Positions 38,792 through 47,872 of a DNA stretch of 47,872 nucleotides are shown one piece after another. The translations under genes and the position numbers were made by a program. The stretch's first letter is position 1; each line of letters starts with the position of its first letter. Under the pieces are notes generated by a model. It was not told the DNA's origin, made no database searches, and worked only from the letters and a program-made list of their open reading frames with translations. Source of the DNA: an uncultured Desulfobacterales bacterium (GTDB lineage Bacteria; Myxococcota_A; UBA9160; JAFDET01); assembly GCA_964194905.1 (NCBI GenBank), contig CAXMOD010000249.1:1-47872 (forward strand). Direction: 5' to 3'.

Positions 38792-40437
38792 GGGCGACTC
38801 GTCGCGCCGGGCACGGGTGCGCTCCAGGCGCGGGCGCCGCGATGCACCGCGCGGTGGATCTCCATGGCAGCTAGCTGTGCGCCACCCAGCACCGGCGCCA
38901 CGGCGCGCCAGCGCTCCGCCGCGAATTCGGCCACCTCGGCGGTGGTGCGTTCGGCGCTCCACCCCAGGGCATCGGCCAGCACTTCGCCGGCGACGCCCGC
39001 GCAGGCAGCCCCCTGGCACGCCCCCACGCCCAACCGCACGCGGGCGGCGCAGTCGGTGAGCTTGCGCACGCTCTCGCGACGCGCCACGTGGTGCAGCTCG
39101 GCATCGAGGACCGGTTCGCACGCGCAGACCGGCACGGGTTGCGCGCACGCCTCCAGCACCCGCGGCGTGCGTGCGCCGTGGCGAAAGGCCAGGCGAACGA
39201 CCGCCGGCCAGTCACAACGGAAGCGCTTCGCCGTCGCCATCACGTCGATTGCCTCGTCGCCGCCGGGAAGCGGCGTCGAAGCCGTGCGGCACGGGTCGTC
39301 GACGCCGAGAACCGCGCTGATCTGGTCGCAGGCGTCTTCGGCCATCAGTCGGTAGGAGGCCAGCTTGCCTCCGGCAAGGCTGTAGAACCCCGGGACGCCG
39401 TCCCGAGCTCCGTGGTCGAGCAGCGCGTAGTCGCGCGAGAGCTCGTCCTCGTAGCGGCCGAATCCGTAGAGCGTGGGGCGCACCCCGGCCAGGGTGTGGA
39501 GGACGCGGTGCCGGCGGATCGACGGAATGCTGCGCTCCATCGCCTGCATCACGTAACGGATCTCGTCCTCGGTTACGTCGAGCAGATCGGGATCGCCGTA
39601 GAAATCGTCGTCCGTGGTGCCCGCCATGCTGTTCTGCTCGTGGGGGAACGTGAACATGTCGCGCCCGTCGATGCCGCGAGCGTAGATCGCCACATCCGAG
39701 ACGCGCCGTTCGAACACGAGGTGGATGCCCTTCGCAGGGCGCATGCGCACCTCGGCCCCCGCCAGAGCCGCCACCTGCGGCGCCCAGGGCCCGGTGCAGT
39801 TCAGCGTGAGGTCGGCTTCCAGGACGACGCGCTCGCCGGTAATGCGGTCCTGCACTTCGGCCCCGCGCACCCGCCCGTCGGCTTCCCGCAGGAACGACAG
39901 CACCTCGCAGTGGGTGTGCACCTGGGCACCTCGCTCGACGGCGTCCAGCGCGTTGGCGGCCACCAGACGCGCCGCGTCGACTCCCCACTCGTCGAGGGTG
40001 AAGGCGCAGTCGATGCGTGGCGAAAGCGAGGGCTCGAGGCGCAGCGCCTGCTCGCGGGTGAGCCGCGTGTGCGGCTTCCCGTTCTTCAGTGGCTGGTAGC
40101 GGTCGTACATCTCGAGGCCCACCTCCACCAGCTCGGGGCCGATGGGATCCTCGGGAAAGACCGGCATGAGGAACGGGATGCGGAAGATCAGGTGGGGCGC
40201 GATGCGCTGGATGGCGCCCGAGTCCACGCACGAGTGGTAGGTGACCTTGGGATCCATCTGGAGGTAGCGCAGGCCGCCGTGGATCATGCCGGACGACGCC
40301 CAGGTGGTGCCGGCGCCCAGCTCGCCCTTCTCCACGAGGGCCACGCGCACTCCGCGCAGGGCGAGGTCGCGTGCTACACCGGCGCCGTTGATCCCCCCTC
40401 CGACGATCAGGACCTGGAAGGGGCCTGCGCGCGTCAC
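38788..40437 (-). CDS. glpA: glycerol-3-phosphate dehydrogenase subunit A-like (FAD, C-terminal BFD-like [2Fe-2S])
   Basis: GGGINGAG, SSGMIHGGLRY, GVRP, GGKL, C-terminal CACE...RLGVGACQGAAC. Confidence 0.85.
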   Translation of the reverse strand: MTRAGPFQVLIVGGGINGAGVARDLALRGVRVALVEKGELGAGTTWASSGMIHGGLRYLQMDPKVTYHSCVDSGAIQRIAPHLIFRIPFLMPVFPEDPIGPELVEVGLEMYDRYQPLKNGKPHTRLTREQALRLEPSLSPRIDCAFTLDEWGVDAARLVAANALDAVERGAQVHTHCEVLSFLREADGRVRGAEVQDRITGERVVLEADLTLNCTGPWAPQVAALAGAEVRMRPAKGIHLVFERRVSDVAIYARGIDGRDMFTFPHEQNSMAGTTDDDFYGDPDLLDVTEDEIRYVMQAMERSIPSIRRHRVLHTLAGVRPTLYGFGRYEDELSRDYALLDHGARDGVPGFYSLAGGKLASYRLMAEDACDQISAVLGVDDPCRTASTPLPGGDEAIDVMATAKRFRCDWPAVVRLAFRHGARTPRVLEACAQPVPVCACEPVLDAELHHVARRESVRKLTDCAARVRLGVGACQGAACAGVAGEVLADALGWSAERTTAEVAEFAAERWRAVAPVLGGAQLAAMEIHRAVHRGARAWSAPVPGATSRP

Positions 40438-40715
40438 CGGCTTCGCAGGTCGGCGTCCGGCGGGGTGTCGCCCTCATCGTCGGTTTCGAGCGCCGGAATG
40501 GCGAGACGCTGGCCGGGGTGCAGCACGCTGGGATCGCCGATCTGGTCACGGTTGGCGCGGAACAGAAGGGGCCAGAGCGATGCATCGCCCGCCACGCTCT
40601 CGGCGATGCTCCACAGGCTCTCGCCGGGCTTCACCACGTGCACCTGCTCCGCTTGAGCGGCAGGCGAGGCCAGCAGCGACAAGGACAGGGCCAGGGCGGC
40701 GACGGAAGTTTTCAC
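40434..40715 (-). CDS. secreted single-LysM protein
   Basis: Signal peptide AQA|, HVVKPGESLWSIA...W..LFRANRDQI.DP..LHPGQRLAIP. Confidence 0.9.
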   Translation of the reverse strand: MKTSVAALALSLSLLASPAAQAEQVHVVKPGESLWSIAESVAGDASLWPLLFRANRDQIGDPSVLHPGQRLAIPALETDDEGDTPPDADLRSR

Positions 40716-42526
40716 GAGGTGCGCTTTCTGCGGATGCGCAACGACAGCTCGACGAGCTGCTCTTGCAGGATTTCGCTGGGCGCCTCCAGGAACAGGTCCT
40801 GTCCTCGCTGCGTCTTCGGAAACGCGATCACGTCTCGCAAGGAATCTCCGCCGGCCAGGAGGAGCACCAGGCGGTCGTAGCCGAACGCGAAGCCGCCGTG
40901 GGGCGGCGCTCCGGCGTCCAGCGCGTCGAGCAGGAACCCGAAGCGCTCCTGCATCTCGTCCTTGGCGTAGCCCAGTAGCTGGAGGATGCGGCGCTGAACA
41001 TCGCTGCGGTGGTTGCGCAGGCTCCCGGAGCCCAGCTCCACGCCGTTGAGGATGAGGTCGTAGTGGGTGCCGCGCACCGCGTCCGGCTCGCTCTCGAGCT
41101 TCCCCAGGTCCTCGTCGACCGGCGCCACGAAGGGCATGTGGGCGTAGGTGAGGGCCCCGTCGTCAGCGCGCTCGAAGAGCGGGAAGTCGACGACGAAGAG
41201 CAGGTCCCAGGGGCGTTCGTCCACGCGGCCGAGGCGATGGCCCAGGTCGTCCCGCAGGCGGGCGAGTATGGCGTTGGCGCGCGCGGCCGTGTCGGCCTGG
41301 AAGAAGAGCAGCGAGCCGGGTTTGGCGCCGGTGCGCTCGGCGATGGCCTCACGCTCCGCGTCCGAGAAGAATTTCACGATGGGCGACTGCCAGGTGCCGT
41401 CGCCGGTGACCCTCACCCAGGCCAGGCCGCGCGCGCCGAGCTCCTTCTTGACGAAGGCCTCGAGGCGATCCACGTCGCCGCGCGAGGGCGCGTCGGCCTC
41501 GTGCACCGGCAGGCACTTCACGATGCCGCCGTCGTCGACGGCCGCGCGGAAGGCACGGAACTCGCTGCCGGCGAAGACGTCGGTCAGCTCCACCAGCTCG
41601 AGCTGGACGCGCGTGTCCGGCTTGTCGATGCCGTAACGCCGCAAGGCCTCGGCGTGGCCGAGCCGCGGGAAGGGGCGCGGGATCTCCACGCCGAGAGCGT
41701 CGGCGAAGACGCGCGTGATGAGTTCCTCGAGGACCTGGAGCACGTCGTCCACGCCCACGAAGGCCATCTCCAGGTCGATCTGAGTGAACTCGAACTGGCG
41801 GTCGGCGCGCAGGTCCTCGTCGCGGAAGCAGTGGGCGATCTGGTAGTAGCGGTCGAAGCCGCCGATCACCAGGAGCTGCTTCAGGAGCTGCGGCGACTGC
41901 GGAAGCGCGTAGAACTCGCCCGGGTGCATGCGACTCGGCACCAGGAAGTCACGCGCGCCCTCGGGCGTGGCCTTGGCCAGCACCGGTGTCTCGATGTCCA
42001 CGAAGCCTCGCTCCGCGAGCGTCCGGCGCACCGAGCTCGTGACCCCGTCGCGCAGGCGCAGCGCGCGCTGGAGGGGCGGGCGGCGCAGGTCGTGGATGCG
42101 ATGGCGCAGGCGCACCAGCTCCTCCGCCTCGACCTCCTCTTCGATGGGAAACGGCGGCGGCGTCGCAGTGTTGAGCAGGCGCAGCTCGAGGACCGAGATC
42201 TCCACCTCGCCGGTGGGCAGATTCGGGTTGATCGTCTCTTCGGAGCGGCGCTCCACCTGCCCTCGCACCAGCAGCACGAACTCCGAGCGCAGCTGGTGCG
42301 CGCGGGTATGGGCATCCGGATTCACATCCGGGCGGAAGACCACCTGCACCAGACCGGAGGCGTCCCGCAGGTCGACGAAGATCACGCCGCCGTGGTCGCG
42401 GCGACCGTGCACCCAGCCGGCCACCACCACCTCCCGGCCAACGTCCTCCGCGCGCAGCTCGGCGCAGGAGTGGCTGCGGCGCAGGTCGCCGAGCCCGTCG
42501 AGCTGGATGACGTCGGGGCCAGACAA
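40712..42526 (-). CDS. aspS: aspartate--tRNA ligase
   Basis: RRDHGGVIFVDLRD, TPEGARDF, ALPQSPQ, CFRDEDLRADRQ, GAPPHGG, IAFPK. TTG start inferred from the GAGG SD. Confidence 0.95.
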   Translation of the reverse strand: MSGPDVIQLDGLGDLRRSHSCAELRAEDVGREVVVAGWVHGRRDHGGVIFVDLRDASGLVQVVFRPDVNPDAHTRAHQLRSEFVLLVRGQVERRSEETINPNLPTGEVEISVLELRLLNTATPPPFPIEEEVEAEELVRLRHRIHDLRRPPLQRALRLRDGVTSSVRRTLAERGFVDIETPVLAKATPEGARDFLVPSRMHPGEFYALPQSPQLLKQLLVIGGFDRYYQIAHCFRDEDLRADRQFEFTQIDLEMAFVGVDDVLQVLEELITRVFADALGVEIPRPFPRLGHAEALRRYGIDKPDTRVQLELVELTDVFAGSEFRAFRAAVDDGGIVKCLPVHEADAPSRGDVDRLEAFVKKELGARGLAWVRVTGDGTWQSPIVKFFSDAEREAIAERTGAKPGSLLFFQADTAARANAILARLRDDLGHRLGRVDERPWDLLFVVDFPLFERADDGALTYAHMPFVAPVDEDLGKLESEPDAVRGTHYDLILNGVELGSGSLRNHRSDVQRRILQLLGYAKDEMQERFGFLLDALDAGAPPHGGFAFGYDRLVLLLAGGDSLRDVIAFPKTQRGQDLFLEAPSEILQEQLVELSLRIRRKRTS

Positions 42527-42585
42527 GGCTGGATCCTCTCCGGGGGAGCCCTGGGGGAGGCCGGGGCCGTGGGGCGCAGTCAGGC

Positions 42586-42615
42586 GAAATAGCGCAAGTT
42601 TTGCGACGCCGTCAA
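42586..42615 (-). promoter_or_regulatory. possible sigma70 promoter of the aspS operon
   Basis: TTGACG-N18-TATTTC. Confidence 0.35.
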
Positions 42616-44015
42616 TCCCGCTGGGGCGGCAGGTCCGTGGCGCTGCAGACCTTGTTGCGTCCCAACGACTTGGCCCGGTACATCGCCTTGTCCGAGAGGT
42701 CCAGCAGAGCCTCCCGGCTGCGCCCGTGGTCCGGGTAGGTGGCCACCCCGATCGAGACCGAGAGCTGCATCGACTCCCCGCGGCCGCCGTCGAACCAGGC
42801 GTCCGCCACCGTGGCGCGGGTGCGCTCGGCGATGGCGAGGGCGTCGTCATTGCCCGTGTCCACCAGCAGGATGGTGAACTCGTCGCCCCCGTAGCGCGCC
42901 AGGGTGTCCACCTGACGCACGCAGCCCGCCAGGACCTGACCGAGCTGGCGCAGCGCGCGCGAACCCACCAGGTGCCCGTAGCGATCGTTGACCAGCTTGA
43001 AGCGATCCATGTCCAGGAAGAGCACCGAGAGCGGATTGCCGTAGCGGTCGGCTCGACGGATCTCGTGCTCGGCCGCCAGCAGCAGGTAGCGCACGTTGTA
43101 GAGCTCGGTGACGTCGTCGATGAAGGCGCGCTCACGGGCCCGGTTGTACTGCTCGGAGTTGCGCAGCGCGAGAGCGGCGTGGCCGGCCACGATCTGGGTG
43201 CGCTCGATCTCCTCTTCATCCAACGGGCGACCGTCGTCGGGGATGAAGAGGACGCCGGATTCGGTCTCGTCGCCACGAACCGGCACGGTCAGGATGCCTT
43301 CCACCTCCACTCCCGCCTGGCGCAGCGCCGAGTGCACCGGGCCGTGCGTGAGAGTCGCGAGCTCGCGGTAGCCGTCGAGGTCGAGCTGCTTCTCCTCGAC
43401 GAGCAGCCGGTGCAGCCGGCCCTCCTCGGCTTCATCGAAGCCGCGCATCACCAGCGCATCGGAGAGCGCGATCGTCGAGCGGCGGAAGAGCACGAGGCCC
43501 CGCGGCCGGCGCAGGCTGCGCAGCAGCAGGTCGAGTGCGACCGCGTAGGCCTCGGCCGGCTCCAGACACGTGGCCAGAGCGCGACAGGCCTGCACCGTGG
43601 AGAGCATGTCGCGCAGGCGCGTGTTCTCCGCGACCAGAGCGCGCCGCGCCAGCAGACGCTGTACCACGAGCACCAACTCCTCCTGCTGGATCGGCTTCAG
43701 CAGGTAGTCGGACGCTCCCATCCGCAGGGCGCTGATGGCGCTCTCCACCGAGGCCTGCCCGGTCAGCACCACGAAGTCGGTGCCCGGATGCTCCAGCCGC
43801 ACCCGCTCCAGCAGATCGAGGCCGGAGAGGCCGGGCATCGTGAGGTCCGAGATGATCAGGTCGGTGGGCTCGCGCTCCAACGCCTCCAGCGCCGTCGCGA
43901 CGTCGCCGCACAGCTCCAAGCGAACCTCGGAGCCGAGCGCGTCGGACGCCAGCTCCCGGTCCATGCGGCTGTCGTCGACGACGACCACCCGCGGCTTGCC
44001 GGATTGCCCCCTCAT
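42612..44015 (-). CDS. response-regulator diguanylate cyclase (REC - GAF-like - GGDEF)
   Basis: VVDD, SDLTMP (phospho-Asp), KP, DxLT-like DDVT, intact GGDEF and RxxD I-site (RQVD). Confidence 0.92.
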   Translation of the reverse strand: MRGQSGKPRVVVVDDSRMDRELASDALGSEVRLELCGDVATALEALEREPTDLIISDLTMPGLSGLDLLERVRLEHPGTDFVVLTGQASVESAISALRMGASDYLLKPIQQEELVLVVQRLLARRALVAENTRLRDMLSTVQACRALATCLEPAEAYAVALDLLLRSLRRPRGLVLFRRSTIALSDALVMRGFDEAEEGRLHRLLVEEKQLDLDGYRELATLTHGPVHSALRQAGVEVEGILTVPVRGDETESGVLFIPDDGRPLDEEEIERTQIVAGHAALALRNSEQYNRARERAFIDDVTELYNVRYLLLAAEHEIRRADRYGNPLSVLFLDMDRFKLVNDRYGHLVGSRALRQLGQVLAGCVRQVDTLARYGGDEFTILLVDTGNDDALAIAERTRATVADAWFDGGRGESMQLSVSIGVATYPDHGRSREALLDLSDKAMYRAKSLGRNKVCSATDLPPQRD

Positions 44016-44227
44016 CCCTCTCCCTGGGCGTCCCCGGGCCCGTCTCCCGAGGACACATCCCCACTATGGAATCGACGCCGCGCGCCGGGCGCTTGAGGGC
44101 GCCTCACCCCGGGGATGATACGCGAGCCGGGCGTTCCCGGCGGCAGGCCTCGCTGGCAAGGCCCCCGACCCCGCGCATCCCCGCGGGGACGAGCGTCGGC
44201 GCGGCCAACGATGCGAAGATCGGCAGC

Positions 44228-45828
<1,601 letters not shown>

Positions 45829-45832
<4 letters not shown>

Positions 45833-47325
45833 TGGCCCGCCGCCGACGCTACCTTGGGCTTCGGCAACACCTTGATCCAGGTGGAACCCGCGTCCTCGGA
45901 ACGGAGCACCAGGCCGCGCTGACCCACGATCGTTCCCACCTTGCCGCTCGACTCGAACTGCAAGTCGCGCATGAACGTAAAGACCTCGGGCAGCTCCGTA
46001 GTGACCGGCGGGCTCCAGGTGCGGCCGCCGTCGCTGGACTCCCGAACGAGCCCCTTCTCACCCACCGCGATGGACTTGCCCTCGCCGGCCGACAGCGCGT
46101 AGAGCGCCTGCTTGGCGCCCGAGTCCCCGTAGCGCCAGGTGACTCCGCCGTCGTCGCTGGTGAGCACCACGCCGCCGAGGCCGCTGATGATGCCGTTCAT
46201 TTCGTCCGAGAAGCGCACGCGGAACAGGTAGGGGTTCTGCGCGATGTCCACCCGCACGATGCCCTGGGGGGCCTCTCGGCCTTCCAGGTAACGCTCCAGG
46301 AACGTGGGATCCTCCTCTAGGAAGTCCTCGTAGTCCCAGGGCGGCGTTCCGCGCAGGCGCAGCCGGTCCGAAAGGATGCCGGTCTCCTCCACGATGGCGC
46401 GAATGCCCACGGCCCGGGCGTCGAGGATGTCGAAGAGCGGGGTGGGGTCGTCGGCCTTCCCGAAGGTGCGGATCTCGCGCGGCGACGCGTAGGCCTCCAC
46501 GAGGATGTTCAGGTGCTGCTGGGTCAGGATGCCCTCGACGAAGTCCTGGATGCGCTCGCCGTCGGAGTCGCCGATCTCCGACTCGTCGTACCCGAACTTC
46601 ACGGGATCCGCCTTCGCGGTGCCGACGATCTCAGCGCGATTCCAGTTCCTGCCGCGATCGTCGGACCAGAAGATGTAGCCGAACTCGCCCACCATCCAGC
46701 AGCGCGCGCTCGGCAGCGGCCGGCAGTAGACGTCGTTGAGCCCGACGTCTTCCACCACCATCTCGCCGTTGCGCACGCGCTCCTGCTCGGTAGGCGTCAG
46801 CCACACGTACTGCGGGTGGTCGGTGGTGATCGTGAGGGAGCTGTCCTGCCAGGAGGTGCCGCCGTCGTCGGTAAAGATGCGGGTGCCCCACTCGCCGACC
46901 GCCCAGGCGTTGTTGGCGTCGACCGCGTGCACCGAAAAGAGGTGGAAGCCGTCCTCGGTCTTCGGGTTCGACTGAGGCTCCCAGGTCTTCCCGCCGTCGC
47001 GGGTGTGAAGGACGGTGCCCAGCTGCCCGACGATCCAGCCCCGCTCGGCGTCGGCCATGGAGATGTCGTACATGAGCAGGTTCTGGTCGATCCCGTTCAC
47101 CGCTCCCTTGCGCCACGTCTGGCCCGCGTCCTCGCTGCGGTAGACGGCGGTGCGGTAGCCGACCGCCACGGTCGTCATCTCGTCGGGCACCGCCACGGCG
47201 AAGAGATCGTCGTAAAGGTCGATCTCCCCCGAGGTTGCCCCCGGCTCGAAGTGGGCGTCGTGGCATCCCACGGCGGCTAGGGCGAGTGCGAGGAGGCCGA
47301 AGGCTCCGCAACGCAAGGGGGTCAT
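45829..47325 (-). CDS. YCF48-like BNR/Asp-box beta-propeller lipoprotein with an internal OmpA-like insertion
   Basis: Lipobox AVG|C; repeated S/T-x-D-G/A-G-x-T-W Asp-boxes; downstream of DUF1329. Confidence 0.8.
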
Positions 47326-47347
47326 CGTTCGGGCTCCCGGTGCAGAT

Positions 47348-47390
47348 GCGTGAGGGGCCGGAAGCGCGGCCGCGCTTCCGGCCCCCACGC
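47348..47390. repeat. 32-bp perfect palindrome, extendable hairpin
   Basis: GGGGCCGGAAGCGCGG|CCGCGCTTCCGGCCCC (47354-47385), flanked by GCGTG/CACGC. Confidence 0.8.
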
Positions 47391-47410
47391 GGGTTCGATC
47401 GAAGTCTCGG

Positions 47411-47872
47411 CTAGCGGCCTCTCGTGAGCCGGCCGATGTCGATGTAGCGACGCACCTTGCCCTTGCTGGGGAGCGGCGTGCCGTTGGCGTCCCAGAACTC
47501 GATGCGGTTTCCGGTGCCCGTCTGGACGTTCACGATCATGTCCGAGACCACCTTCAGGTCGCGGGGCTCCGGGATGCCCTTCCAGCCCTTGTAGTACTCG
47601 TCGTCGGATCCGCTCCAGCGCTTGTTGTGCCACAGGATCTTCCAGAGCTCCTCCTTCTGGTCGTACGCGAAGGAATAGAGCGGCGCGAGCGTCTCCTTGT
47701 CGATGTAGATGTCCTTGTGGTGATACGGATGATCCTCATTCTTAGGCGTCATCCGGATCTTCACCGCCTTGCGCAGCTCCCAGAGGTCGTCCGCGTACGA
47801 GAGGCCGTACGGGCCGAAGTTGTGCTCCTTGTTGTACGGGTACGCCCGCACCTTGCTGTTCATCGGAGCCAG
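47411..47872 (-). CDS. DUF1329-like exported protein, C-terminal part (partial at window edge)
   Basis: WELR...TPK..HPY..K..YID......YD.K.ELWK pattern, adjacent to a YCF48-like gene. Confidence 0.65.
   Translation of the reverse strand: MAPMNSKVRAYPYNKEHNFGPYGLSYADDLWELRKAVKIRMTPKNEDHPYHHKDIYIDKETLAPLYSFAYDQKEELWKILWHNKRWSGSDDEYYKGWKGIPEPRDLKVVSDMIVNVQTGTGNRIEFWDANGTPLPSKGKVRRYIDIGRLTRGR

Noticed and set aside
42527-43276. N-terminal 250-aa extension of AspRS in ORF 40712..43276
   Set aside because: It overlaps the GGDEF gene in another frame. AspRS homology starts near RRSHSC, and an SD-TTG start exists at 42526.

Overview
High-GC bacterial chromosome segment. Gene content suggests a Myxococcota or deltaproteobacterial-type organism (inference from the pilA-pilG-pilH-pilI-pilD order and the tgl/rodZ/recO neighbourhood). 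From left to right: the 3' end of gltX; tRNA-Gln(CTG); a TMTC-like GT-C/TPR glycosyltransferase; a UbiA-family polyprenyl-phosphate phosphoribosyltransferase; a minus-strand type IV pilus operon (sigma54 promoter, two pilins, PilG/H/I-like ABC system, pilD); tRNA-Glu(CTC); a second paralogous TMTC-like GT; a DEDDh exonuclease; a sigma54-preceded module of two tandem ECF sigma factors, a small acidic protein and a kinase-like gene; PilZ; the ppdK-glyS-recO-rodZ-like-tgl-like cluster; korAB; a run of small catabolic and phosphate-scavenging genes; a BCP peroxiredoxin with an in-frame TGA at the catalytic position plus a SECIS-like hairpin (a selenoprotein that the ORF track splits); sucD-sucC-mdh-icd; glpA-glpB-mini-glpC; lysM; aspS; a REC-GGDEF diguanylate cyclase; an acyl-CoA synthetase; a YCF48-like propeller with an OmpA-like insertion; and a partial DUF1329 gene. 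No CRISPR array, transposase or integrase was seen. The best candidate for an undescribed system is a pilin O-glycosylation locus: two TMTC-type GT-C enzymes and a lipid-linked pentose donor synthase bracketing a two-pilin operon. All calls are from reading the sequence by eye; no searches were run.
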